The notes: a model not told the origin generated them from the sequence alone. A DNA stretch of 63,215 nt, filler included, from Basidiobolus ranarum (GCA_040143965.1; 44 parts of 44 records of this genome joined end to end with filler, not necessarily neighbours in it); one strand, 5' to 3'; positions 1-12,894 are shown, counted from the whole stretch's first letter. Numbers and translations: made by a program.

Positions 1-1345
1 TGAAACCAACTTGGAAAATGATACATTGGAAATAGAGCCTGCAATTAGGCCAAATTTGAATCTGAAACTATCTATCAACATTATCCAAATTTAGAAAAAA
101 ATCACGTCTGGGACATGGTCTAAAACATCAATCACCAATGAGTATATAACAAAGCTCAAATCATTACCAATCCCTGTGGTGAATATTCCTAGCAGAAAAC
201 CAACAAACAATAATCCTGTCTCAAACTTCACTACAAGTACTGAAATCAAGGAGAACAAACTATTATATGATATTCTGGAATCAAGCAGCTATATGAGTAG
301 TGAAACATTGGGTAGCACTGGAAATGCACCAATTTATACCAGAAAACCTGATAATTACTGTGAGAATATTGATAATTTCAAATTAGCTTCTGGAAATCAG
401 CATATTATCTCTGCCTATGAAAGATATGGTAATCAGAAAAAGAATATTTTTCCAGCCAATCAGGAATCAGGAAATTGGGCTCAGTAACAAGGCAATAATT
501 TTCTGACAAATCACATACCTATGAAATATCAAGCTCTCAATTTGGCTGATATTAGATGCAAACAATTATTGCCAGTGTCCAATCAATCACAACAAGTATT
601 CAATCAATCACAAAATTCAGGCAATCAGGTCTCAGAAATCCTACCAAGTGGAAATCAGAAACATTCCATAAGTGAAACATCTGACCATTCTACCAAGAAC
701 TTTGGATGTCTCAAATCAGAGCATGAAATCAACAGTTTCAAATCAGCAAAAGGGTGGAATATATCTGCACATATAGCATTTTCAGAACCTGAAAATTTGA
801 CATAAGCTCTGAAATCTGATGAAGCAACAGAATGGAGAAAAGCCACTGATGATGAAATTCACTCTCTAATCAAGAATAACACATGGATCCTGGTGGACAT
901 ACCTATAGGAAGAAAAACTATTGGTAATAGATGGGTGCTGAAACTGAAACTTAACTCAGATGGATCTATCAACTGGTACAAAGCAAGATTAGTAGTTAAA
1001 GGCTATGCTGAGAAACATGGCATTGACTATGATGAAACATCTTCTCCTTTTGCTAAGTTTACCTCAATCAGAGTAATCCTAGCCATTGCTACCCACAAAG
1101 GAAAGCTGATTGAGCAAATGGATGTCAAGATAGCATTTATTAATGGAGAAATTGATGAAGATATATACATGGACCAACCAGAGGGATATATTGCAAAAGG
1201 CAAAGAACATCAAGTATGCAAACCACAGAGAAGTCTATACAGTCTGAAACAAGCTCCTTGTGCATGGAATACCAAAATCAATCAGATTTTCATGAAACAT
1301 CTTTTCCATTGTAGCAAAGCAGGTCACTGCATTTACTTCTAGACT
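1..1345 (+). mobile_element. Ty1/copia pol fragment (IN-RT linker and RVT_2 reverse transcriptase), decayed
   Basis: 893-1342 has RWVLKLK..DGS...YKARLVVKGY...GIDYDET, QMDVKIAFING, IYMDQPEG and LYSLKQAP; in-frame stops upstream; same family as 16659-17219 and 46101-47015. Confidence 0.95.
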
Positions 1346-2890
1346 NNNNNNNNNNNNNNNNNNNNNNNNNNNNNNNNNNNNNNNNNNNNTTAATTAATTA
1401 ANNNNNNNNNNNNNNNNNNNNNNNNNNNNNNNNNNNNNNNNNNNNGACATTGGTATTGAGAGTATGTTGTGATTATACCCTTCCAGTATAGTATAAAATA
1501 AATTATCACCATCATGAATTACCTGACTATCCTGATCTTACTTGGAGGACATCATACTACGGTATGACAATTCTTAGATAGATTGATGTAATTCTTCACA
1601 GCTACATTCAGCACTCAACACTTTTGGAGGATCTCAAAGTTTTCATAAAGGGATTTTGGGCAATGGATTCATATCTATCTACAATATTTGACATTGTTGT
1701 ACAATTATGGTATCATGAGGCAGGCCTACTCTGTAGCTTCTTTTGAAGTTTATTACACTTATTATGTCAGCCATCTCAGTTTATTTTACCTTATTAAAGA
1801 AAATACAAGCAATTTGAGCCTGATTAGGTCCACTTTCTCTGCAAGAACCTCACAGAAGACTATCATCAAATCATTAGTTTGTATTTTGTTGGAATTCATG
1901 CTGTTTAACATGTGGCCTAGCAATGGTATTCCAACAGTATTAATCAGGTCAAATTATTGATCCTAAGTTTATCATATGCATCACTCAACACTACACAAAT
2001 TTATTAAATATTCCTTTTTTGACTGACTTTTTGATACATTTACTGCTTTATGAATTCAGATAAACTTATAAGACTTTATTAATGCTCTTTTGACTATGTA
2101 ATCCAGCCATATAGAAAGTCTGAAATTGTAGGAACTTACTGCTTTTGGTCTCTGCATATGCAGATATTTATCACAAACATCAAAATGCATTGGCAAAAAA
2201 TTAATCAGAGAAAAATAGCCAAACATCTAAAGGCTTGACTGACAATGCCTCTAGGTAAGTAGCCAGCTTTTATCATAATTGCTAATGAGAATAAACTCCT
2301 AAATATATGCACATATTGGTAAAGTATTGAATTTGAATAACATCAATAATTGACAAAATACCTATAACAAGTAGAAGTATCACTGCTCTATTATATCTTC
2401 CCATGACTAAAACCAGTGTATTACATATCATCAATATCTCATCAAGGAGCCACTTTGGCAGCTTTCATCGAAATATTAACAAATTTCTGCAACTGCAAGA
2501 AAGTTTAAATACAGATATGCTTACAATCTGTAGCTTTGGTGGGGCTGATATTACTGCACTCAATCAATTTAAAAGCCTATAAACACACCAACATGAGCAC
2601 TGTCTGGAACAACCACTATTATCAAAAGCTTCCTTGAGCCATTGTGTTAGGGCCTTCACTGATTTTCTGTTTTAATGTTCATGCAATTAACATGCATATC
2701 ACTTGGAGTATCATCCTGCCCCAAGCAAGTTCCACTAGGAGCATTCAAATTGTATATCATCAGTTTGTCATCCTGGAGAAACTTGATAAGNNNNNNNNNN
2801 NNNNNNNNNNNNNNNNNNNNNNNNNNNNNNNNNNTTAATTAATTAANNNNNNNNNNNNNNNNNNNNNNNNNNNNNNNNNNNNNNNNNNNN

Positions 2891-3352
2891 TATTGCTTGT
2901 CATGCCTGTATAGTAACTTTATATTTTTTACTTATGGTTGCATACAAATCATTACTGTGCTCTGCCTGTCATTCCATTGTTGTAATAATTCTATCCAAAA
3001 TTTCTATTGAGGGTTGTTCAATAGTGGGCAAAGTAGCCATTGTGGAAGTTGATGGTCTTGATGGTGTTTTAGTTGAACTTTGCTCCACTATTGATATGCT
3101 ATGTAATCAGGGGATTACAATCTGTTCACTTGCACTATTGCTGGAAAGAAACACATCTGGTAAATTGGGTAATGCTTCATCCTTACTTGAGTTGGTTTCT
3201 GACATGTTCATGCCTTTCAGAGATGATAGTGTATTGCTAGACTGCACATCAATTAAGTCATCTGTTCTTGCTGGTTTTTTTCCTTTGGTGCCATCAGGCT
3301 TTGGCATGGAAGCCAATTTTGATATCGATTTTGAATTCTTTTTAAATGGCAT
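2891..3352 (-). pseudogene. N-terminal part of the second (divergent) ORF of the CACTA-like element
   Basis: MPFKKNSKS...KKPARTDDLIDVQSS aligns with 34754-35188 (MPFKKHSKS...KQPARTEDLIDLQSS); head-to-head with the transposase on the same contig. Confidence 0.75.
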
Positions 3353-3475
3353 TAAAAATTTTCAGATTGTAACTTTGCGTAATGAAATTGCTTAGAAACA
3401 GCTTATAATAAACCCACATTTTAAACTAATACCAGTATTTTCTTGTAAATCCCTTGGTGACTCATCTGTAACACC

Positions 3476-4056
3476 TTCTCAGAATCAGATGATGATATTG
3501 ATGAGCTATACCTAAAATACCACCCTTACATAGGAGGTGTTCTTTATCTACAATATCATTCACATGCCACAACACAAACATTTAAAGAAGCCCTGCAATT
3601 ATTGTCACATATTCCTGTGCTATGCAAGCCAGAGGCTTCATAAAAAAAACACAAGCACAGTCATTGTACAACTCCAGCAACTGCACCAAGCCTGGTGAAA
3701 ATCAACAGTAATAAGTGCTCTAAATCAACTGTTTGCATGCAATTGGCAATCACTGAATCAAGTAAATATTGTTCCTATTTTGCTTACATACCATTGATTC
3801 CCCGTCTTACATTTTTGAAGAAATCACCCAAATATAGATCATTGATCCAATACCAAAGTAGTCACTGTAAAGCTGACGGTATTAGTGATATACTTGATGG
3901 ATATCACTACCAAAATCTGAAAAGTCAAGGTTTCTTTGAGAACACATATGATCATGCATATGCATTGGCTCTGGATGGCCTCTCACTAAACAAATGTGCC
4001 ATTGGAAGGGCTTGCTGGCCAATAATTTCAATTAACTTAAATCTTCTTCCTTCTGA
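3476..4056 (+). mobile_element. CACTA/EnSpm (Transposase_21-like) transposase fragment, internally deleted
   Basis: YIPLIPRL...DILDGYHYQNL...LALDG...CWPI...NLNLLPS. Confidence 0.85.
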
Positions 4057-4234
4057 ACTCCTTGAAACTTATTGTGGGTGAACTTTGAGAAATGCCCAAG
4101 TCTTTGAGCAGCTTCCTTAACCACATAGCCTCCTTTGTTGTACGCAATGATGCCATGTACTCTGCTTCAGTTGTTGAAAGTGCTATGGTGGGTTGTTTCT
4201 TGCTATTGCAACATATGCTTACTTCACTATAAAG
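4057..4234 (-). mobile_element. Ty1/copia RNase H fragment
   Basis: Reverse strand reads SKKQPTIALSTTEAEYMA...KEAMWLRKLLKDLG. Confidence 0.9.
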
Positions 4235-4334
4235 NNNNNNNNNNNNNNNNNNNNNNNNNNNNNNNNNNNNNNNNNNNNTTAATTAATTAANNNNNNNNNN
4301 NNNNNNNNNNNNNNNNNNNNNNNNNNNNNNNNNN

Positions 4335-4387
4335 TAGGTGTATAAAGAGAGGGATTACATATATGATAAAGACAATTAACTTCAACA
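4335..4387 (-). repeat. LTR-A 5' terminus (TGTTGAAG), inserted into LTR-C
   Basis: Matches the starts of LTR-A copies at 14731 and 21243. Confidence 0.85.
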
Positions 4388-5007
4388 CTTTCTAGCCACG
4401 CAGTAGCCTGTAACTGCGTCTAGTAGTCACTCTTGAGCTTCCTCTTCAAAGGTCTCATAAGCAGTGATGAAAATAAGGGGTGACCACAAGTAGTAATTGT
4501 TAGTCAAAAACCAGGATGATTTTATTTGAAAAGATATGGCTCCTATTTATACTTTTCTGATGGTAGAAATGATTACTAATGAGAATTTCCAGAAAGTTCT
4601 AGAAAATTCTATTGATGGTGATCTGGGGTTATGATACCACCATAAATCATAAGAATAGTGATTCATGGAATGTTCCAGAAGGTTGTAGAATATTCCAGAA
4701 AGTCATGGAATGTTCCAGCAAATTCAAGTTTTGATTGGTCAAAACTCAATCAATCATCAAATATTTTAAGAATCTTGTGGAATGTTCCGGAAGATTGTAG
4801 AATTTTCCAGAAAATAATTTGGCAAATGTGGATTGATACTGATAAATCTGAAATAATAGGGGATAATACTAATGGTGGGATATGATTGGCTAGAAAATAT
4901 GGGTAAGTCAAATATGGGTAAAAGAATATTAATTGTGCAATAGTAATAATATGAGCTCAGAGTAGAAATAAGTCAACCTGCCAGTGGATAGCAATGCCCC
5001 CACTATA
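4388..5007 (-). repeat. LTR-C (partial), with heat-shock-element arrays and a TATA box
   Basis: Colinear with 24525-25189 and 29239-29390; shared terminus TGTAG(T) on the minus strand; interrupts different hosts in each copy. Confidence 0.75.
4544..4813 (-). promoter_or_regulatory. Three arrays of alternating nGAAn/nTTCn pentamers (HSE-like) upstream of TATAAATA
   Basis: 4586-4610 tTTCc aGAAa gTTCt aGAAa aTTCt; 4667-4726 twelve pentamers in register; 4769-4813 nine in register; TATAAATA on the minus strand at 4544-4551. Confidence 0.7.
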
Positions 5008-5678
5008 CCATCAGATTATTACACAAACAAATTAGTCCAAATTATAGATGTACTTACTCTGTGTCCATGGATTGGGCTTTGTTGCTGTTATTGTGCTCAA
5101 ACAATGTGAAATCTGTGAGCACATTGAAATGAGCCCTTTGTTGTAAGATTAATATACTCTGGAGTCACCTTAACCCATCATATTACATCCATCACTGATT
5201 TTTCTGATACATGGTTAATCAGATTAGCATATGGTAATACTGACAATTTCACATGGAGCATTATTTCACTGCAATTGTGCTCCATTGGAAACTCACAGAA
5301 TGAATGGCAAGGGCCTATAATCTCTAAGCATTGTAAAGATGCAGCAGGGAATGTTTTGAATACTGGCATAGATTCAGTCTATCTTCTTTAAACCTGAAAT
5401 AAAGTTTTTCATATCCAGTTACAAAATCTTTGCACAGTTGCTGTATCTGCCTGAGATCTGCCAATGTGAGTTGATGCAATAAGAATATATTAACAATATC
5501 AACAAACAACTCCCAATGTTGCTAATACTTATCAGGCAGAAATCTTTTTAAAATTCCATTTGACTATAAACAAATCTAATACTTCCAGTCTTTGCATTTG
5601 AAGAAATGCCTAGATGAGTGGATATTGATGGGAGACTTGGTAAAATATGATGGTATCTTGATGTTTTCAAGCATTTTC
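5008..5678 (-). mobile_element. CACTA-like transposase C-terminal fragment (DUF4218-like region), decayed
   Basis: FKCKDWK, FVTGYEKLY, HSLLHL, GPC..FCEFPME motifs. Confidence 0.85.
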
Positions 5679-5778
5679 NNNNNNNNNNNNNNNNNNNNNN
5701 NNNNNNNNNNNNNNNNNNNNNNTTAATTAATTAANNNNNNNNNNNNNNNNNNNNNNNNNNNNNNNNNNNNNNNNNNNN

Positions 5779-5905
5779 GCCCTGCTATTAGTGTCACAAA
5801 TTCTTGTGCTATGAAAGCCAGATGCTTCATAGAAAAAATAATCACAAGCATGGTCACTGTACAAAGCCACCAGCTGCACAAATCCTGGTGAATATCAACA
5901 GCAAT
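5779..5905 (+). mobile_element. CACTA-like transposase N-terminal fragment, target of a self-insertion
   Basis: Matches 3590-3712. Confidence 0.7.
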
Positions 5906-7122
5906 CACTAACAAAAATAAAATTAATTTTATGTGGATTGGATCCACCCTCCAAAATGGCAAAACAATCAGAGAACCATTACAATATATCTTCAAATTTG
6001 GCATGTGTTGTTTGATATCTGGCAATTTTTACAAAAATATAACTTTCAAATGGCAAATTACTAGATTTATTGCTGTAGGAATTCAAACTAATATGCATGC
6101 CTTAATTTAGATATTTTAGGCTTTGTATTCCAGCCATATTGAGAATCAAAAAATACAAGAATCTTGTTGTGTTTAGTCTCTATGTATGCACATACTTGAC
6201 TGATTAGACATAACTCAAGAACAACATCAATATGCTTTACCAGCAAACTAATGGTGAAAAAATTGCAAAACATCTTAAATTTTGAATAGCACTGACACTT
6301 AACAAGTAGCTTGCTCTTGTTACTGTTCACAATGAGGATAAGCTCTTGGATTTTGGCAAATTTTCATCAAGAATTCAACCAATATATCCCCAACTTGCAG
6401 TCAACAAATGTCCTGCCACAAGAACATGTGTCATTACCTGAATAGATTACACCATGGCTAAAACAAAAATACTGCATATCTTGATCAATCTCACTAAGAA
6501 GTCTGTCTTGCAGCTTTCCTAGAAATATTGTCACATCATCACATAAATAAATTAGTCCAAATTATAGAGGTATTTTTGTTGATGGATTGGGTTTTGTTGC
6601 TGTTATTGTGACCAAACAATGCAAACACCAATGAGCAAGTTGAAAAGAGCCCTTTGTTGAAAGGTTAATATACTCTGGAGTCTTCTTAACCCATCACATT
6701 ACATCTATCACAGATTTTGCTGATACATTGTTAATCAGATTAGCATACAGTATTATTGACAATTGCACATGCAGCATCATTTCATGGCAGGTGCGCTCCA
6801 TTGTGAACTTCCAGAATTTATAGCAAGGGCCAATAATATCTGAGCATTGTGAAAGATGCAGCAGGAAATGTATTGAATACCAGCATAGATTCAGTCTATC
6901 TTCTTTAAACCTGTAATAAAGTTTTTCATATCCAATTACAAAATCTTTGCACAGTCGCTGTATCTGCCTGAGATCTGCCAATGTGAGTTGATGCCATAAG
7001 AATATATTAACAATATCCACAAACAACTCCCAATGTTGCCAATACTTATCAGGCAGAAATCTTTTCAAAATTTCACTTGAATATATTCAAATCCAATACT
7101 TCCAGTCTTTGCATTTGAATAA
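5906..7122 (-). mobile_element. CACTA-like element right end with TIR (CACTAACAAAAAT here) and transposase C-terminus
   Basis: ORF 6694-7068 has FVIGYEKLYY..HFLLHL..GPCYKFWKFTMER; terminus matches 38442. Confidence 0.85.
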
Positions 7123-8242
7123 NNNNNNNNNNNNNNNNNNNNNNNNNNNNNNNNNNNNNNNNNNNNTTAATTAATTAANNNNNNNNNNNNNNNNNNNNNN
7201 NNNNNNNNNNNNNNNNNNNNNNTAGTTGTAAAAGTAATTGAATAATGAAAGCAACTCGATCAATGACGCTTTTATATTGAATTGTTTGTTACAACATCCA
7301 CATTCACTGACCAATCATTCTTGATTTCTCTTTACTGAGCCACGTTTGAATTTCAATTTAGATTTGGTCAATTTAGATTTGGGAACTGTGGAAGAGATCC
7401 CGATCCGGGTAAGAATTTTCAATCGAATATTCAAGAGATCTACGATAGGTAGTTTTTATCGTTACTCTATGGCTGCAAATCCTCTCGCTAGCTTAAGCCT
7501 ATCAAAGCATAAGGGCAAGGTTTACTTTGGTTCTGAAAACCTCCTCCAAATCTAGCATCCTAAAGCTCACAATAAGTGTTGATCTAGGCTTAGTAATTTC
7601 GATCTCCAATCGAGGAATGAGATTAGCATCTAAAGGCAGTTACCGTCCCACTGTATCAGGTGAGATAATGGCAGTTACCAATTTGCTGTATTATGATTCA
7701 CTTACCATTCTATAATAGATAGATAACATGCTTTCTGACTTTGAATCTCTTGAGTTTGCTTACCAATTTTCTGATATACTCTGTAACCTGAATGGCTAGT
7801 TACGATATGGCAGGTTCACATTCTGCATTATAGCGTAGCAATTTTTACATTAGCAATAAAAAGTGGGAAATCGTTTTGCGAGTTTTTTCAACAACACATC
7901 TCTTCACCAGTATTCAGGTCTTTCAAAATATTGTACCTTCTCTATTGATATCTACTTACATGTAGGCAACGGTGTGCCAATTGTTGGTAAAAAATATTGC
8001 AAATTAGATTGTTTTGGATTTTCTTGGAATGCTACTGAAGCAATATACACGTCCATACCAAAAATACACCATACATTTAAAGTATCTCGTATTACTAATT
8101 ATAATATGTATAGATTGTTGGTAAATATATTTAATTTCTTGCCAATTAAAATATGTATCAGGTAGAATGGTTTAGAGGTCAATTTTTACAAAGCTGCTCA
8201 ATTTATTTTGGTATGCCTGATGAAGCAAGTCTATGGTGTAGT

Positions 8243-8566
8243 CTAATATTGAACATCGTCATGCCAGATAAACGATACTCCCTCTCCTGGATAGAAGTTC
8301 ACGTATGTAGTAATGTAAGGACCACCCTCTCCATCAATATAGTAGTTCCAGTCACTGGTGTAGACACTGCCGTCATCGTTGATGCTCTCTACAACCGCAA
8401 CATGGCCATACGAGTCGCAGCCTTGATATCCAGGCTGGATAGCAATGATAGAAGGAACACGTGGCTCGTTGGAGACTACCCAACCCTCAGTGTTCATAGC
8501 ACTTTCTGGCCAGGTCTTGGCGTTACCCCACCATTGAACATGGTAGCAGGTGAGTTGGTAGTAACG
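8243..8566 (-). CDS. CHAP-domain (cysteine/histidine amidohydrolase-peptidase) protein, 5'-truncated by the contig end
   Basis: Frame open from the contig end: RYYQLTCYHVQWWGNAKTW...GWVVSNEPRVPSIIAIQPG...YGHVAVVESINDDGSVYTSDWN; WGNA.W and GHVAVVE are CHAP hallmarks; the catalytic Cys lies beyond the contig. Confidence 0.88.
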   Translation of the reverse strand, partial: RYYQLTCYHVQWWGNAKTWPESAMNTEGWVVSNEPRVPSIIAIQPGYQGCDSYGHVAVVESINDDGSVYTSDWNYYIDGEGGPYITTYVNFYPGEGVSFIWHDDVQY

Positions 8567-8666
8567 NNNNNNNNNNNNNNNNNNNNNNNNNNNNNNNNNN
8601 NNNNNNNNNNTTAATTAATTAANNNNNNNNNNNNNNNNNNNNNNNNNNNNNNNNNNNNNNNNNNNN

Positions 8667-9629
8667 GTGTTTGTTGGTTTTCTTACACTTTTACCACAGT
8701 TGATTGGCAACTGTTGCTTGCCACAGACCTGGTACAAGTGGAAAACACTTGTTAATTGTATGACTTATAATCCTTCAATAAACTACCTGCATGTCAAATG
8801 GTGGTTTGGCTTTCACCAGCAATATGAAAAACCTGAAGTAATGTACTGTTTGCACACAGTTGGCAATCACTGAACTAGGTAAATATCACTCATATGCAGC
8901 TTACATACCATTGATTCCCTGTTGTAAAGTTTTAATGAAATATCTCAAATATAGATTATTGGTCCAATACCAAAGTACCCACCATAAAGCAGATGATATA
9001 CCAATATACTTGATGGATATCACCACCAGAATCTGAAAAGTCAAGGTTTCTTTGAGAACATGTATAATCATGCATTTACATTGGCTCTTGATGTTTTCTC
9101 ACTAAACAAATATACCATTGGTAAGGCTTGCTGGCCAACAACTTCAATTAACTTAAATCTTCCTTCCTCTGAATGATATAAGAATCATGATATTTTGATA
9201 GTATCCACCATATCAGATCCTAAATCACCAGTTCTTATAGATAGCTTCTTGGAGCCTTTGATTGCAGAATTTGAATGGTTATCTAATGGGGTTCAGATGG
9301 GTGAGTATTTTATTGAAGCTAATATCATTGAATGTAATGGTGACACTTCTGCCATCAGTAAACTTGAAAGTTTTTGCAGGCACAATGCACTATCTTGCAG
9401 TAGAATTTTTCAAATCAATGGAGTTTACTCTACCAGGCATTTGCATTACTACTATCCAGATACAACACTAAGCTCCATGAATTGTCCATCAAGAGCCTGG
9501 TCAGATTTCAACATGATCACCAAAATCAATTCACCAAATAGTCAGTCTAACATTAAAATTGGTATTAGCCATAAGCCTAAGATTATATTGCTAAAGAGGA
9601 TCAGCTGGAGCCAGAGCATCCGATTAGGC
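8667..9629 (+). mobile_element. CACTA-like transposase core, decayed
   Basis: PKSP..IDSFLEPLIAEF.WL.NGV, C.GD..AI.KL, HNALS motifs with stops and frameshifts. Confidence 0.88.
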
Positions 9630-10009
9630 CCCTAACAGAAATTTGAGGATTGCTATTGTAGGAAAGCCATCACAATTTAAATCCATTTTGGGTTGACCAT
9701 TTACTTACTATCATAAAATTGTCAAGTTGGATTTGATTTTAATCAATTTTTTCAGTTTCAGGAGTGATATTTAAAGATTTAATAAAATAGTTGCACATGA
9801 TTGGCTACAATCTCAGAGAACTATGGATCAATACACGTGCAAAAAACATAACTCAAATTTTACACACTTACCACTAGAATGTTAATTTGTCATCTTCAAA
9901 ATCCCTAGTTTTGTTGATATATTCTGCTGAATATTTATATAGAGTTCTTCATACCCAAGGTTTAGCTCATACCCAACACAAGTTTGTATCAATATCTCCA
10001 TCAAGGCCC
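9630..10009 (+). mobile_element. CACTA-like element left end (TIR CCCTAACAGAAATT), inserted into its own transposase
   Basis: Same terminus at 31544, 54167 and 53602(-), each with different flanks. Confidence 0.8.
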
Positions 10010-10109
10010 NNNNNNNNNNNNNNNNNNNNNNNNNNNNNNNNNNNNNNNNNNNNTTAATTAATTAANNNNNNNNNNNNNNNNNNNNNNNNNNNNNNNNNNN
10101 NNNNNNNNN

Positions 10110-10399
10110 AAGCACTTTAAGAAGTAAAGTAACACATTCTGCAATTACTGTAAAAGAACTGGCCCTTTAAGCAAAGATTGCTTTAAAAGAATTGCAAAAG
10201 AAGAAAAGCATACTGAATCTAGAAATGTGGCTATAACAAAAGATCACTTGTTTATAACTGCTCTATCTATGACTACCAACAAGGATTCTCAGATGTGGTA
10301 AATTAATTCTGGAGCTTCCCAACACCTCACAAATGAAAAACATTGGTTTGTGGATTATGAAGAATTCTTAATTAGAAAGATTTTCATGGGAGATGACTG
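10110..10399 (+). mobile_element. Copia gag zinc knuckle and protease fragment (LTR-B family)
   Basis: CNYCKRTG.LSKDC and decayed W.IDSGASQH; matches 44990-45260(-). Confidence 0.85.
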
Positions 10400-11318
10400 T
10401 GTTAAGGTATTTGGGAGCCTGTTGGAAGTGGTTTTGGAGAATTAAAGAAACTGGTGGTTTTCACTTATTGATTTATTGAGTAGAAAGTTGACATTTATAG
10501 TTTTGTCAGGATGTAAAAAAACTAATGTGTAGAATTTGTTAAGGATGGACCCAGGAACATGTGTGCAAAGTTTTGTGCTTCTAGCACAAGTTTGAAAAAT
10601 CTATATATCTGAGAACTCCCAAGTTGGTAAAAATATTTCAAGTAAATTCCAGTTGAGAATAAAAGATAATATCTTAGTGATAATATAAGATAACTTAGTA
10701 CTAAGCTATATATAGCTATATAGGTGTTTAGGCAATGCTAAGTTCAACACTCTCCCTCAACTAAATAGTCATATAAAGTAGTCCTAATAAAGGGCTAAAT
10801 TTCTCAAATTTCTATCTAGCTAATGGTTTGGTTAATATATTGGCAATCATGTCTTCTGTAGAACAATACAGTAAGTCAATAAACCTATTCTCCACAGTCT
10901 CTCAAACAAAGTGATACTTAGTACCTATATGTTTGCTTTTATTATGAAACATGGGATTTTTAGCTAATTTGATGTAACTTTGATTATCTTGAAATATTGC
11001 AGTTGGTGAATTTTGAGAATAATCTAAATCTGTTAAGAGTTTTCTTAACCATATTGCTTCTTTTGTTGCTGTGCAGGCAGTCATGTATTCAGCTTCCATT
11101 GTTGAAAGTGCTATAGTAGGTTATTTCTTTGAATTCCAAGAAATAACTCCATTACAGCAAAGAAATAAGTATCCTGTTGTGAATCTCCTGTCTTCAATCT
11201 CTGTTCTCCAATTTGCATCTGAATATCCCATCAGATCAAAGTTTGATCCAGAATATTAGTATTTTAAGCATAGATCCACTGTACCTTTCAAATATCTGAA
11301 AATCCACTTAACTGCTAT
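10400..11318 (-). mobile_element. Copia 3' end: RNase H (10790-11318), PPT (10750-10765) and 3' LTR-B (10400-10749)
   Basis: EAEYM.A..ATKEAIWL, DNQS.I.LAKNP.FH..SKHI; PPT AGTTGAGGGAGAG abuts TGTTGAA; LTR is TG...CA, 350 bp. Confidence 0.92.
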
Positions 11319-11452
11319 TGTTGAAATTAGCATTGCCTAAGCACCTATATAGTCATATATAGCTTAGTACTTAGTTATCTTGTAATTCACTAAGATATTA
11401 TCAATTATTCTCAATCGGAATTTACTTGGAATATTTTTACCAACTTAGAAGT
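11319..11452 (+). repeat. LTR-B 5' part, inserted into copia RT
   Basis: TGTTGAAATTAGCATTGCCTAA start identical to other LTR-B copies. Confidence 0.88.
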
Positions 11453-11552
11453 NNNNNNNNNNNNNNNNNNNNNNNNNNNNNNNNNNNNNNNNNNNNTTAA
11501 TTAATTAANNNNNNNNNNNNNNNNNNNNNNNNNNNNNNNNNNNNNNNNNNNN

Positions 11553-12894
11553 CAAACAATTCAACACACATGACCACATTGAAAGTGCCCTTGTTTGGCA
11601 TGTTGTTAAACTCTGGAGTCTCCTTAACCCATTCCATTAACTCCATGACTGATTTAGCTGATTCTTTGTTTATCAGATTAGCATATGGTAACACTGGCAA
11701 TTTCACACCGGGCATCATTTCACCGCCGGTGCGCTCTGTTGGGAACTCCCAGAATGTATAGCAAGGGCCAATAGTCTCTAAGCATTGTGAAAGAGGTAGC
11801 AGGAAATGTATTGGATACTGGCATAGATTCAGTCTATCTTCTTTAAGCCTGTAATAAAGTTTTCCATATCCAATTACAAAATCTTTGAACAGTTGCTGTA
11901 TCTGCCTGAGATCTGCCAATGTAAGTTGATGCCATAAGAGTATATTGACAATATCCACAAACAACTCCCAATGTTGCCAACACTTATCAGGCAGAAATCT
12001 TTTCAAAATTGCACTTGAATATATACAAATCCAATAATTCCAGTCTTTGCATTTGAATAAATGCTTAGATGAGTGGATATTGATGGGAGTCCTGGTAAAA
12101 TATGATGGTATCTTGACATTTCCAAGCATTTTCCCAATCAATTCAAACTTTGATCCTATCTCAAACGGCTCATTCATATTGAATTTTCATCTATATAGCT
12201 GAGTAAGTAATATCAGAATGTTGTTGAATAGCAAGTGCATAGTGCCTAATGGGAAGCTCTGGCTCCAGCTGATCCCCTCAGGCAATATAATCTTAGGCTT
12301 ATGGCTTATACCAAGTTTGATGTTAGACTGACTATTTGGTGAATGGATATCAGCGATCATGTTGAAATCTGACCAGGCTCTTGTTGGGAAAATCATGGAG
12401 TTTAGTATTGTATTTGGATAGCAGTAATGCGTATGCCTGATAGAGTAAACTCCATTGATTTGACAAAATCTGCAGCAAGATAGTGCATTGTGCCTGCAAA
12501 AACCTTCAAGTTTACTGATGGCAGGAGGGTCACCAATACAAACAATTATATTAGCTTTCATGAAATATTTACTCATCTGAACCCCATTAGATAACCATTC
12601 AAATTCCTCAATCAAAGGCTCCAAGAAGCTATCTATTAGCACTGGTGATTTAGGTCCAGATGTGATGGACAGTATCAAAATATTATAACTCTTGTACCAA
12701 TAAGCAGGAGGAAGATTTAAGTTGATTAAAATTATTGGCCAGCAAGCCTTTCCAATGGTGTATTTGTTTAGTGAGAAACCATCCAGAGCCAATGCAGATG
12801 CATGATCTAACATGTTCTCCAAGAAACCTTGACTTTTCAGATTCTGGTAGTGATATCCATCAAGTATGTTGGTAATACCATCAGCTTTATGGTG
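11553..12894 (-). mobile_element. CACTA-like transposase, best-preserved core (ORFs 12187-12822 and 11553-12177, one internal stop)
   Basis: LALDGF, CWPIILINLNLPP, GPKSP, DSFLEPL, CIGDPPA, HNALSCCRFC, MHLLFNN, FKCKDW, FWEFPTER. Confidence 0.9.

Noticed and set aside
1446-2790. Possible hAT remnant (TDNAS on plus, WNT on minus) and TGTTAGGG at 2645
   Set aside because: Motifs are on opposite strands and short; no continuous frame. Left unclassified.
2934-3395. Long antisense ORFs (also 8153-8566, 34735-35172, 30316-30792, 57763-58185)
   Set aside because: Shadows of opposite-strand coding frames or repeat sequence, with no recognisable motifs.
9630-9645. piggyBac assignment for CCCT-starting termini
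   Set aside because: None of the six termini is flanked by TTAA, and the linked transposase is Transposase_21-like.
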